DNA of 20,000 bases. Source: an uncultured virus (IMG/VR IMGVR_UViG_3300050514_000222) (Duplodnaviria; Heunggongvirae; Uroviricota; Caudoviricetes). Below the pieces are notes generated by a model. That model searched no databases. It saw only the letters and a list, made by a program, of their open reading frames with translations, and was not told the DNA's origin. Made by a program: the position numbers and the translations under genes. This document shows positions 7,193 through 15,739 of this stretch, one piece after another. Positions within the stretch are counted from its first letter, which is position 1. Every line of letters begins with the position of its first letter. The stretch is from IMG/VR virus record IMGVR_UViG_3300050514_000222. One strand, given 5' to 3'.

Positions 7193-8506
7193 TCAGTCCT
7201 TGTACGGGTCGAACTCGTCCTCGCCGGCCATCGCCACGCCGATCGGGTGCAGCGTGTGCAGGACGCTCACGCTCCGTTCGTGGTGGCGCAGGACCTCCGG
7301 CAGCCGCTTGTAGCAGTGCGGCGACTCGTCGGTGCCGGCGCCGCGCAGCGTCACGCCCTTGGCGCCGATCCATTCGTGCATCATGGACCGCGAGATCCGT
7401 CCCTCACGGATCCGTTCCGACACGAACCGCTTGTGGGTGGTCGCGCCGCATTTCGGACACTTCGGGTTGGATCCGTCCGCGGCGCGCTTGGCGTCGTTCG
7501 TGAGCCACCCGTCGCAGTCGCGGTTCCCGCACGCCCACCCGGACCGGCGTTTCGTCTTTCCGGCGGCTTCGGTCCGCGACATCACGCGGCCGGCGCCGTG
7601 CACGGTGGAGTAGAGTGCGCGCTTCTGGTCCTCGTCCTCATCCAGCGTCGACGGGTAGACGCCCTCGAGGATCACCGAGTCGTCGCCCATGGATCCGCCC
7701 ACGAACCCGAGCTGGCCGGGGAACGCCGGCGTGGCGCCCTTCCGCACCACCCAGAGCTCCTCCCCGAAGTGCGTCTCCCGCCAGGCGTAGTTGTGGTGGT
7801 TGTGGACCTCCTCGAGGACCGTGGCGCCCAGGATACGCGCCACCTCCGCGCAGACCCAGTCACGGCCGGCGTAGGCGTAGCGGCCGGCGAGCGTCATGGC
7901 CTCCACGTAGTCGGCGCCGAGCGGGGTGCGGGCGCCGAGCACGAGCGGCGGCACGTGCATCCCGTCCGTCGCGCCGCCCATCTTGAGGAAATGCGTGGCC
8001 ACCTTGTGGCCGAACCCACGGGATCCGAAGTGGACGCCGATCCAGACGCGGCCGAGCTCGTCCTCGAACAGGTCGACGTAGTGGTTGCCGGACCCCACCG
8101 TGCCGAGCTGCGCGCGCGCCATCTCCTTCAACGGGGCGAGCGGCCGCATGGACCATCGTTCGTCGTCGAACAGCTCGTGGTCCACCCGCGTCTCGTTCCG
8201 TTGGCCGATGCCGAAGGAGATGCGCGAGGAGATGTCGTCCATGATCGCCTCGATGTCGAGCCGTACGGACGCCGCGTCCGCGTCGACGAGTACGGCCTTG
8301 TTCCCGCACCCGATGTCGTAGCCGACGCCGGACGGACTGACCGCGTCACGGTACGCCACCACGCCTCCGATCGGCACAGCGTAGCCGAGGTGGTGGTCGG
8401 CCATGAGCGCGACACGGTCGGCCGTCTGCGCGCACGTGCGGATCTGTTGGAGGGCACCTTCGTCCACCGGTTCGCCCCAGACCGGGATGCCGTCGATCAG
8501 CTTCAC
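7193..8506 (-). CDS. rtcB: RtcB family 3'-phosphate/5'-OH RNA ligase with Zn-ribbon insertion
   Basis: Start re-called at GTG 8506 (GAGGAGG RBS, GTGA overlap). Motifs DHHLGY..PIGGV, VGYDIGCG, GTVGSGNHY, HFGSRG, NHHNY, RKGATPA, HGAGR, DESP..YK. Confidence 0.96.
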   Translation of the reverse strand: MKLIDGIPVWGEPVDEGALQQIRTCAQTADRVALMADHHLGYAVPIGGVVAYRDAVSPSGVGYDIGCGNKAVLVDADAASVRLDIEAIMDDISSRISFGIGQRNETRVDHELFDDERWSMRPLAPLKEMARAQLGTVGSGNHYVDLFEDELGRVWIGVHFGSRGFGHKVATHFLKMGGATDGMHVPPLVLGARTPLGADYVEAMTLAGRYAYAGRDWVCAEVARILGATVLEEVHNHHNYAWRETHFGEELWVVRKGATPAFPGQLGFVGGSMGDDSVILEGVYPSTLDEDEDQKRALYSTVHGAGRVMSRTEAAGKTKRRSGWACGNRDCDGWLTNDAKRAADGSNPKCPKCGATTHKRFVSERIREGRISRSMMHEWIGAKGVTLRGAGTDESPHCYKRLPEVLRHHERSVSVLHTLHPIGVAMAGEDEFDPYKD

Positions 8507-8946
8507 GAACCCCTCCTCGATTCCGAGTATCGTAAAAGGTCGATGCGGTTCGCCAACTCCACGCATTTATCGTGATGGATCCTGTCACTCTTATAGCCGG
8601 CATAGATCATCAGGGCCTCACGGATCATACCGAACTGCTCGTCCGAGAACCTGTCGGACGGCCCCCACATCTCCTTCCCGCAACCCGAACAGAAGTAGAA
8701 CTTCAGGGTCGGTTCCTTCCCGCGGACCACACCCTTCTCCATGATGCCTGACGCGAGTTCCTCCACGACGTCGGACGGCACGCCGCGACGCAGCAGCTCC
8801 AACGTGAACTGGAGGACCTGGTAGGACTTCAGTACCGATTCGTGGACCCCGTTGCACGACGGATCCAGCAGGTGGACGTTGTCCCGTCTCACCGTCGTCT
8901 CCCACGCGCGGAGCTCGTCGATCTTGGCGAGTATGCCGGCGCTCAC
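8503..8946 (-). CDS. Hypothetical phage protein
   Basis: GTG 8946 with GGAGG RBS; 4-bp overlaps at both ends; one CSGC motif. Confidence 0.7.
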   Translation of the reverse strand: MSAGILAKIDELRAWETTVRRDNVHLLDPSCNGVHESVLKSYQVLQFTLELLRRGVPSDVVEELASGIMEKGVVRGKEPTLKFYFCSGCGKEMWGPSDRFSDEQFGMIREALMIYAGYKSDRIHHDKCVELANRIDLLRYSESRRGS

Positions 8947-9230
8947 CGTCCCTCCACCGTGAACGTGCCGGCGATGTGGTGCTGGACGCCGGCATCGTCC
9001 ACCCACCACGCCTCACCGCCGTTCGACTCCACCTTCGCGCGGGTCTCCCACTTCTCGATCACGCGTCCCTCGCACGTGTAGAGCGTGATCGTGGACCGCA
9101 GCATCACGGTGCCGGCCTTGAATCCGACCCAGGTGTTGCGGACCACGCCGCATCCGGACAGCGTGACGCAGGCCGTCCAGAGCAGCACCAGGGCCAACAC
9201 GGCGAGGATCATCCACTTCAGATAGCTCAC
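8943..9230 (-). CDS. Putative lipoprotein
   Basis: GTG 9230 with AGGAGG RBS; hydrophobic N-terminus ending in a lipobox-like LSGC. Confidence 0.7.
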   Translation of the reverse strand: MSYLKWMILAVLALVLLWTACVTLSGCGVVRNTWVGFKAGTVMLRSTITLYTCEGRVIEKWETRAKVESNGGEAWWVDDAGVQHHIAGTFTVEGR

Positions 9231-9907
9231 GTCAACACCTCCTTGGCGTACCAGTAGAGCCACAGTGCGTCGGCCTCGTCCTCGGACAGCGCGCAAAAAT
9301 CGACATCGGTCACACCGTCCGGTTTCTTCCCGATGACCTTTCCAACATATCCAGTCTCGCGATGGAGCCGGTTGAAGGCGGCCGCCACCATGGCCGGCTT
9401 GCCGCGGTCCACCGGGATCCGCTTCTCCTTCCTGGCGCGTCTATCACGCGTCTGCTTCGCCGTCTCCTTTGTCCGCGTGTCCGGGATGGCGAACGCCTTC
9501 AGCTTCTGGACGTGCACCGGCTGTAGCGGGATCCCGTGCAGCTCGCAGTGCTCCTCGAGCCGGCTGGTGAACGCTGCGGCGATCTCGGCGGCCGCGCGCG
9601 CCTTCGCCTGGAACTCCGACCGTTCGTACACGACCAGGTCCACCTTGACGAACGGGGACGGTGCGTTGAACGGGTGACTCACCGGTTCGTACGGCGGCTC
9701 GGCGACGTGGGCCGGCTTCCGGTACGGCGACAGCCTCACGAAGTCCGGTAACGTGACCTTCTCGAGCCAATGTCCGAACCGGCGCCAGCGGTTGCCGCTC
9801 GTCTCCCCGCGTTTCAGGCTGAAGTTCTCGGCGCCCCACTCGAGCCGTCCCGAATGATCGGTCGCCCACCCGGTGTGTGAGCCGGGGTCGATGGTCAGGA
9901 TCCTCAC
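9227..9907 (-). CDS. RuvC-like Holliday junction resolvase (phage type)
   Basis: RNase H-fold acidic motifs ILTIDPG..TGWA, VVYE and DEADAL. Confidence 0.85.
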   Translation of the reverse strand: MRILTIDPGSHTGWATDHSGRLEWGAENFSLKRGETSGNRWRRFGHWLEKVTLPDFVRLSPYRKPAHVAEPPYEPVSHPFNAPSPFVKVDLVVYERSEFQAKARAAAEIAAAFTSRLEEHCELHGIPLQPVHVQKLKAFAIPDTRTKETAKQTRDRRARKEKRIPVDRGKPAMVAAAFNRLHRETGYVGKVIGKKPDGVTDVDFCALSEDEADALWLYWYAKEVLT

Positions 9908-10167
9908 CGATTCTCCTTGAGGATCTGGACGGCTTGGTGGACGTCATGATTCGGTCCGGGACGGATGGGAGACGCCCACTTCTCCAGGAACGGCAACGCG
10001 CGCTCGATGCGTCCGAGGAGATCGTCGCGTTCCTTCTCGGCACGCATCAACAGATTCGCGAAATGGTCACGCCCACGCCAGAGCTCGCCGATGCGCCTCT
10101 CGCAGACCTTCAGTTCCTCGTGGTGGAGGCGAAGGGCGCGTTCGATGCGCAACCCGTGATGTCGCAT
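9904..10167 (-). CDS. Hypothetical coiled-coil protein (start uncertain)
   Basis: Stop overlaps the resolvase start (GTGA); helical charged sequence. ATG 10167 overlaps the upstream ORF by 58 bp. Confidence 0.55.
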   Translation of the reverse strand: MRHHGLRIERALRLHHEELKVCERRIGELWRGRDHFANLLMRAEKERDDLLGRIERALPFLEKWASPIRPGPNHDVHQAVQILKENR

Positions 10168-10430
10168 TTTCGAAGATCCCCATCGCACGTCCCCAGGAGG
10201 AAGGTCTGTGCTTCCCCCAAAATGTCCTCCACGTCGCGCCATTTCCCGGCCTCTAGAGAATCGTCAGGACGCGGCGTGGTGAACCTCAACGTCTCGGGAA
10301 CGGACGCACGTTCGTGCAACGCGATGCACGCCAGACCGTAGAGCGTCCCGATCTCTCCCTGACCGAGCGTACGTTTACCATCTCCGGCACGCATCAGTAG
10401 GTCGGCGAGCTGTTGCAGGGAGTCGGCCAT
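10110..10430 (-). CDS. Hypothetical protein
   Basis: TGATG coupling to the upstream gene. Confidence 0.55.
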   Translation of the reverse strand: MADSLQQLADLLMRAGDGKRTLGQGEIGTLYGLACIALHERASVPETLRFTTPRPDDSLEAGKWRDVEDILGEAQTFLLGTCDGDLRKCDITGCASNAPFASTTRN

Positions 10431-10654
10431 CAGTCGCTGTTGTGGTCGACGATGGGACCGGTGGTCTGGCCCGACGCGTCAATCTGGTTCTGTAGGTAGG
10501 AGGCATAGATCACCCCGCCGATCCAGATCGTGGCGCACGCCACCACGTACAGTATGAAGAACGCGGATCCGCGCTCTCCGCGCCTCCGCGCGTGTACCCG
10601 TTGCTCGTACTCCTCCACGAGCTCGTCGCCGGTCTTCAGCCGTTCCGTCTTCAT
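10430..10654 (-). CDS. Small single-TM membrane protein
   Basis: TM segment AFFILYVVACATIWIGGVIYA; ATGA overlap; GGAGG RBS. Confidence 0.7.
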   Translation of the reverse strand: MKTERLKTGDELVEEYEQRVHARRRGERGSAFFILYVVACATIWIGGVIYASYLQNQIDASGQTTGPIVDHNSD

Positions 10655-10947
10655 GGTTCCGTTCCCTCCCGTTCACGCGCCAGCGCCAACTTCAACCCCT
10701 CGCATTCCTTCTCCAACACCGCGACCTGCACGGTCAGACGATTGCGCTCCTCACGGACCTCCGCGATGAACAATGCGATCGAATCGGTGAACTTGTACAG
10801 GTCCGCATGATCGACCGTTTGGCTCACGCCGAGCCGGCGCCACTGTTCCGGTCGGCCGGTGATTATCGTCTTGACGTCGAAGCACTCATCCGTCACGCGG
10901 CCCACCACGAACGGCCGTTCCGTCGCCATCCACAGGCCGCCGCTCAT
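10651..10947 (-). CDS. Hypothetical protein with C-terminal coiled coil
   Basis: ATG 10947 overlaps the upstream stop (ATGA). Confidence 0.65.
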   Translation of the reverse strand: MSGGLWMATERPFVVGRVTDECFDVKTIITGRPEQWRRLGVSQTVDHADLYKFTDSIALFIAEVREERNRLTVQVAVLEKECEGLKLALAREREGTEP

Positions 10948-11249
10948 GTCGGCCCCATCACGATCTTGGCACCCAACACCCGGCAATATCCAGTGCAACC
11001 GAATGGGCAGGCGCACCGCAATCCGCCGATGTTCCGTTCTATCTGGTCCACGGTTGCCTGCGCCTCCTTCGCCTGCGCCCACCGCTCCATGTCCGCGCAG
11101 AACTGCCAGAGCTCCGCGGCGTCCACAGTGGAACCAGACCGGTAGGTGGCGTCCGAGGCGGCGTCCCGGATGTGGTGCCGGACGTCCTCCGGTTGGATCG
11201 CGTCGGCCGCCACGCGCTGGCGGATCCTCTCCATCAACTCCTTCGTCAT
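10944..11249 (-). CDS. Hypothetical protein
   Basis: AGGAGG RBS; Cys-rich C-terminus CACPFGCTGYC. Confidence 0.7.
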   Translation of the reverse strand: MTKELMERIRQRVAADAIQPEDVRHHIRDAASDATYRSGSTVDAAELWQFCADMERWAQAKEAQATVDQIERNIGGLRCACPFGCTGYCRVLGAKIVMGPT

Positions 11250-11258
11250 GCGACCCTC

Positions 11259-11390
11259 CTAATAGTCCTCGTCTTCCTCCTCGTCTTCCTCCTCGTCATC
11301 TTCGTAAGAATCGTCCTCGTCGTCTTCGTCCTCGAGATCGTACTCCTCGTCCTCATCGTCGCCGTACGGACCGTCCTGCATGGTCGTCAT
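11259..11390 (-). CDS. 43-aa hyper-acidic peptide (not in ORF track)
   Basis: Hand translation: MTTMQDGPYGDDEDEEYDLEDEDDEDDSYEDDEEEDEEEDEDY*. ATGA overlap with the recD2 stop and AGGAGG upstream; second ATG at 11381 has good RBS spacing; fills the gap between genes. Confidence 0.75.
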   Translation of the reverse strand: MTTMQDGPYGDDEDEEYDLEDEDDEDDSYEDDEEEDEEEDEDY

Positions 11391-13720
11391 CCCTCCTGTG
11401 GGTTCGGCGGCGCGGCTTGAGGATCTCCGACGGTGGACGTGTTGTGGTCCTCCCGTCCGTTCTCCGCCGGCTCGTTCCCGCCCCGCGCCGCGTCTTCCGT
11501 CGCCACCATCTCCATGATCCGCCTGCCGAGCCGCGTGTGCCGGAGCCGCGGATGGTTCCGCGCCACCACACGCGCGACCTCCTCACGTTCCCCGACCAGG
11601 ACCAGCACCTTCCGCGCACGCGAGCAGGCGGTGTAGAGCCACTGCCGCTGCGCGACCATCACGCCGAACGTCCTCGCCACCGGCACCACCACGTACTTCG
11701 CCTCGCTGCCCTGGAACTTGTGGCAGGTCAGCGCATAGGCGAGCTCGAGGTTGTTCTGCCAGGGCACGGCCACGAGCCGCGCCGGCGTGTCGAACTCCAC
11801 GTCCAGGTAGCCGTCCCGCGACCGCAACGCGCGCACGCGGCCGACCTCCCCGTTCATGACGTCCAGCGTGTAGTCGTTCCGCGTCTGGATCACCTTGTCA
11901 CCCACGCGGAACCGGCCGGCCGGCGCGGAGAAGACCGGCTCCGGGTTCAGTACCGCACGGAGCTGCTCGTTCAGGGCGGCCGCGGAGAGTGCCGTGCGCT
12001 CCCGCATCGGTACGATGACCTGGACGTCGGCGAACGGGTCGGCACCGAACCGTTGCGGCAACTCCACGGTCACCAATTGCACGATGGCCTCCCGGATCGA
12101 CTCCGGCCCCTCCTCCCGGCGGACGAACACGAAGTCCTGCGACCAGTCCTCCGCAAGCTCGAGCGCGCGGCCGTCCTTGATGGCGTGGCAGTTCCGGATG
12201 ATGAGCCCGGGATCCTGACGCTTGATCGTCTGGAGCTCGGTGTACGGGATCCGCTTGGACGCGATCAAGCTCCCGAGCACGTTCCCCGGGCCGACGGCCG
12301 GCAGCTGGTGCATGTCGCCGACCAGGACGAGCCGCGTCCCGGGCTTGACAGCCTCGAGGAACCGGGCCATGAGCGTGACGTCGACCATGCTGGTCTCGTC
12401 GATGATGATCGTGTCCGCGTCGATCGGCCGGTCCGCCGTCCGCGTGAAGACGAACCCGCGCCCGGCCGGCACCCCCACCACCGGTCTCCCCTCCGCATCC
12501 GTGGCGCCGGCCGGGCGCGTCTCGAGCAGGCGGTGCATGGTGCTCGCCGGCAGGTCGAGCGGATCGGCGCCCTGCTGGAGCTGCTCCTCGATCCGTTTGG
12601 CCGCCTTCCCGGTGGGCGCGGCCAGGGCGACCCTCCCGTGAGCCCCACGGACGATCCGCTTGATGGTGTAGGTCTTCCCGGTACCCGGCGCCCCCGTCAT
12701 CGCGAACACGGGGTTCCGGGCCGCCTTCTCGATGGCGTCCCGTTGGTCTGCGGCCAGTCCGGTCGCGTCCTGCTCGCGCCACGGGACGGCCCCGAGCAGT
12801 AGCGCGACCGCACGGGTGGCCACCGACACCTCGTCCTTGTGGAGGTTGGGCAGGTAGATGTGTCCGGCGTCCTTCACCAGCCGGCCGCCGGTGACCATCC
12901 ACTCCACCTCCGCCGCGATCCGCGCCGGCTGGACCTGGAGGAGCTCGGCCGTACGCTGGATCAGCAGCGGCTGCGGCAGGCAGACGTGACCGTCGCCGGC
13001 GGACTCCTCCAGGACGTACGTCAGCCCGGCGCGCAGCCGGTAGGGACCGTCACGTTCGTAGCCGACGTTCAGCGCGACCTTGTCCGCCTTGAGGAAGCCG
13101 ATCCCGTCAATGGATTCGATGAGGCGGTACGGATCGGACTTGATCGTCGCGACGGCGTCCGCGCCGAGCGTGCGGATGATCCGCACCACGATCGTCTGGC
13201 CGAGCCCGGAACCGACCAGGAGCTTCCGCACCTCGAGCTCCAGCGCCTCGTCCGTCTCGATGCCGCGCAGCATGGCGGAGATCTCCGCGGCGCGCTCCGG
13301 CGTCACGCCGGACACCTCCGCCGCGACGCGTGCCGGATCCTCCCGGCAGACGCGGACCGCGTCGGCGCCGAACCGGAGCACGATGGCCGCAGAGATCTTC
13401 GGACCCACCCACTTCGCGTTCGCGTGCAGGTAGGCACGGAACGCCTCCATGTCCTCCGGGACCTTCGCGACGTGCTCGGCGAACAGGAACTGGTCACCCC
13501 ACTTCGGGTTCCGGTCGACCCGGCCGGTGAAGGTGTACTCGGCGCCGATCCGCGGCTCGAGCATCGGCCCCTTCACGACGATCCCGCTGTCCAGCATCCC
13601 GATCATGAAACCGTCCCGGTGGAACCGCACGGTGGACAGCCGCCCGGTGAGCTCGGTGGCCGTCGGATCGAGTAGGGACTTACGACGCGCTCCGGTGAAT
13701 GGTCCGTTCGGTTCGTTCAC
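11387..13720 (-). CDS. recD2: ATP-dependent RecD2-like SF1B DNA helicase
   Basis: N-terminal OB/HhH region (DPYRL..IDGIGF.KAD), Walker A GAPGTGKT, APTGKAA, DETSM, GDMHQLPAVGPG, AYALTCHKFQGSE, LYTACSRAR. Confidence 0.95.
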   Translation of the reverse strand: MNEPNGPFTGARRKSLLDPTATELTGRLSTVRFHRDGFMIGMLDSGIVVKGPMLEPRIGAEYTFTGRVDRNPKWGDQFLFAEHVAKVPEDMEAFRAYLHANAKWVGPKISAAIVLRFGADAVRVCREDPARVAAEVSGVTPERAAEISAMLRGIETDEALELEVRKLLVGSGLGQTIVVRIIRTLGADAVATIKSDPYRLIESIDGIGFLKADKVALNVGYERDGPYRLRAGLTYVLEESAGDGHVCLPQPLLIQRTAELLQVQPARIAAEVEWMVTGGRLVKDAGHIYLPNLHKDEVSVATRAVALLLGAVPWREQDATGLAADQRDAIEKAARNPVFAMTGAPGTGKTYTIKRIVRGAHGRVALAAPTGKAAKRIEEQLQQGADPLDLPASTMHRLLETRPAGATDAEGRPVVGVPAGRGFVFTRTADRPIDADTIIIDETSMVDVTLMARFLEAVKPGTRLVLVGDMHQLPAVGPGNVLGSLIASKRIPYTELQTIKRQDPGLIIRNCHAIKDGRALELAEDWSQDFVFVRREEGPESIREAIVQLVTVELPQRFGADPFADVQVIVPMRERTALSAAALNEQLRAVLNPEPVFSAPAGRFRVGDKVIQTRNDYTLDVMNGEVGRVRALRSRDGYLDVEFDTPARLVAVPWQNNLELAYALTCHKFQGSEAKYVVVPVARTFGVMVAQRQWLYTACSRARKVLVLVGEREEVARVVARNHPRLRHTRLGRRIMEMVATEDAARGGNEPAENGREDHNTSTVGDPQAAPPNPQEG

Positions 13721-13920
13721 GGTTCACCAACCGTAAGGCGTACGCGTCTTGTCGTGTTCGGACGCATGGGTTTGAGACCGGCGCGTAGCATCCGTTCGTA
13801 CCTGACGCTTGCCGAAAATGGGTCGCACTCGTCAGGCGGCAACTTGAAACAGACGGTCACGTCGGCCATGTCCGCATCCTCGCGTTTCACCCACACGATA
13901 ATTCCTTTGTTTCCGGTCAT
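13717..13920 (-). CDS. Hypothetical protein (67 aa)
   Basis: ATG 13920 overlaps the ATPase stop; stop overlaps the recD2 GTG; GGAGGAG RBS. Confidence 0.65.
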   Translation of the reverse strand: MTGNKGIIVWVKREDADMADVTVCFKLPPDECDPFSASVRYERMLRAGLKPMRPNTTRRVRLTVGEP

Positions 13921-15575
13921 CCGAACAGCTCCTCCGACGCCCGCACCTCGCCGAAGGACGGCGTGTCCACGAGGTGTCGGCGCTTGAGCCGCGTGATGTA
14001 GGTGTCCCGGCTCGACCGCTGGAAGGTGGTCACGGCGGAGATGTCCGTGCGCGTCACCGCCTTGGGGTAGGCCGCGACGATCGCCTCGAGGATCTTCTTC
14101 TCGCCACCGCTGAGACGCGTGAGCCAATACTCGCGGAGCGCGTCACCGGTCGGCAGCCGCTCGAAGTCCGGCCCGAGCGTCTGCACGCCGGCCCCGGTCA
14201 CATGGATCCAGCCGTCGCCGGTCACCGTGACCAGACTCCCACGCACCAGCCGTGAGACGTAGGTGTCGCGGCTCGACCGCTTGTAGCCGGTCAGCATGGT
14301 GAGCTGCTCGCGGGTCACCCCGTCCGCGTGCTGCGCGATCGCCACCAGCACGCGCCGTTCGCCCTGGCCGAGTGCTGTTGCGTCCACGCGGAGTTCTCGA
14401 GCTCTGGCGACCCTGTCGGTCCGGACGTCGTCATGGATGCGTCCGAGAACGTGGACCGGTGTCCTGGCCGTGGCCACCGCGCTCGCGAGTCGCGACCCCT
14501 CCGCTCCGATCGCGACGCCGGCGGATCCGAGCCGGTCTACGATCTTCTCGATCCTGGCGATCAGCTTCTCGACGGCCGCGACGTCGGCCGGCTTCACCAC
14601 GTTCCGCTCCACGACCTTCGTCTCGACCACGGCCGCCGATTTGCCGCGTTCCAGTTCCGAGATCCTACGCTTGAGCTCCCGCGGATCCTCCTGCTTCGCC
14701 CGTTCGATGGTCGCCGCCATCTGCTTCCTGACCTTTCCGAGGTCCACGTCGGCCAGCGTCGCACCCGGCCGGCCGCCCTTCACGTTCTTCGGGGTGGCCG
14801 CGCTGTCGAACGTCGCCCGCCTCCGCGTCTGGATCCGCTTCATCACGCCGAGCCACTGCGGCGACCACACCCACGCCTCGCCGGTCGCGAGTCCGGGCAG
14901 CGACTCGAGGAGCTCGCGCTTTTGGCCGTGGTACTCGACCCACCCCTCGATCGCCTTCCGGTCATGCGGCGAGGTGGTCCGGAGCACGAACAAGGTCTCG
15001 ATCTGCGTGAGCACGTTCTTGTTGAGCGCCGCGCTGCGCTGCGTGACGAGCGTGGATCCGAGTCCGCGCGCGCGGCCGCGGCGCTGGATCCGCTCGAAGG
15101 CGCCGAGGAGCCTGGCCTGCTCGCGGAACGGCCGCTGCGGGATGTAGTCGTCCGCCTCCTCGAGGAACAGGTGCAGCGGTTCCTCGTTCCGCCGGTAGAG
15201 CCGTTCGGCGAAGTCGATCAGGAAGCGGATCTTGTCCGCCTCGGAGAACTCGCTCACGTCCAGCACGCAGGACGCGCGGTCGTCCACCACCAGGTCCGCC
15301 AGGACCTGGCCGCCCGTCTTCTCGAGCGCGACGTCTCCGTGGCGGCCGCCGAAGATCGGGATGGCGAGGCCGCCGGCGCGTCCGTCCGCCGTGGACCGCA
15401 GGCCCCACCACGAGCCGACCGGATCCACGACGACGAACGGCAGCCGCGCCTTCCACATCCCCTCCGCCATGACGGCGGCCAGGTTCGACTTGCCGGCGCC
15501 GCGCACCGCCAGGATCCCGAAGGTCTGCGTGACGGCGTCGTCCGGCAGCTCGAGGTTCGGCGCGATCCGGATCAC
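13917..15575 (-). CDS. HerA/FtsK-superfamily (DUF87-like) ATPase with two C-terminal winged-helix repeats
   Basis: Degenerate Walker A AVRGAGKS, VDPVGSW, Walker B LFLEEAD, RGRARG..LVTQR; duplicated L..GE++.L......RSSRDTY..RL....LV repeats. Confidence 0.85.
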   Translation of the reverse strand: MIRIAPNLELPDDAVTQTFGILAVRGAGKSNLAAVMAEGMWKARLPFVVVDPVGSWWGLRSTADGRAGGLAIPIFGGRHGDVALEKTGGQVLADLVVDDRASCVLDVSEFSEADKIRFLIDFAERLYRRNEEPLHLFLEEADDYIPQRPFREQARLLGAFERIQRRGRARGLGSTLVTQRSAALNKNVLTQIETLFVLRTTSPHDRKAIEGWVEYHGQKRELLESLPGLATGEAWVWSPQWLGVMKRIQTRRRATFDSAATPKNVKGGRPGATLADVDLGKVRKQMAATIERAKQEDPRELKRRISELERGKSAAVVETKVVERNVVKPADVAAVEKLIARIEKIVDRLGSAGVAIGAEGSRLASAVATARTPVHVLGRIHDDVRTDRVARARELRVDATALGQGERRVLVAIAQHADGVTREQLTMLTGYKRSSRDTYVSRLVRGSLVTVTGDGWIHVTGAGVQTLGPDFERLPTGDALREYWLTRLSGGEKKILEAIVAAYPKAVTRTDISAVTTFQRSSRDTYITRLKRRHLVDTPSFGEVRASEELFG

Positions 15576-15739
15576 GACGCCGCGTCCTCCTCGCGCGCGA
15601 ACCAGCCGAACCGCTCACGGAGGTAGTCCTTGATCCGCTTCCGCGCGGCCGGTTCGAGCGCCGCGATCTCATCCTCCGTCTTCTTCAACCGCTTGGACAG
15701 CACCCGCATCAGGGTCATCTCTTGGTCACGTGCGTTCAT
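15572..15739 (-). CDS. Hypothetical protein (55 aa)
   Basis: ATG 15739 with GGAGG RBS; 4-bp overlaps at both ends. Confidence 0.7.
   Translation of the reverse strand: MNARDQEMTLMRVLSKRLKKTEDEIAALEPAARKRIKDYLRERFGWFAREEDAAS

Noticed and set aside
7423..7545. Intein in RtcB
   Set aside because: Insert is only about 40 aa and lacks intein terminal motifs (N-terminal Cys/Ser block, C-terminal His-Asn).
8943..9230. Lipoprotein as o-spanin
   Set aside because: It lies on the opposite strand in the early block, away from the lysis genes, with no partner i-spanin.
11262..11360. Microsatellite or CRISPR-like repeat
   Set aside because: The (CTC/GTC/TTC)n pattern is explained by Asp/Glu codons; there is no repeat-spacer structure here or elsewhere in the window.
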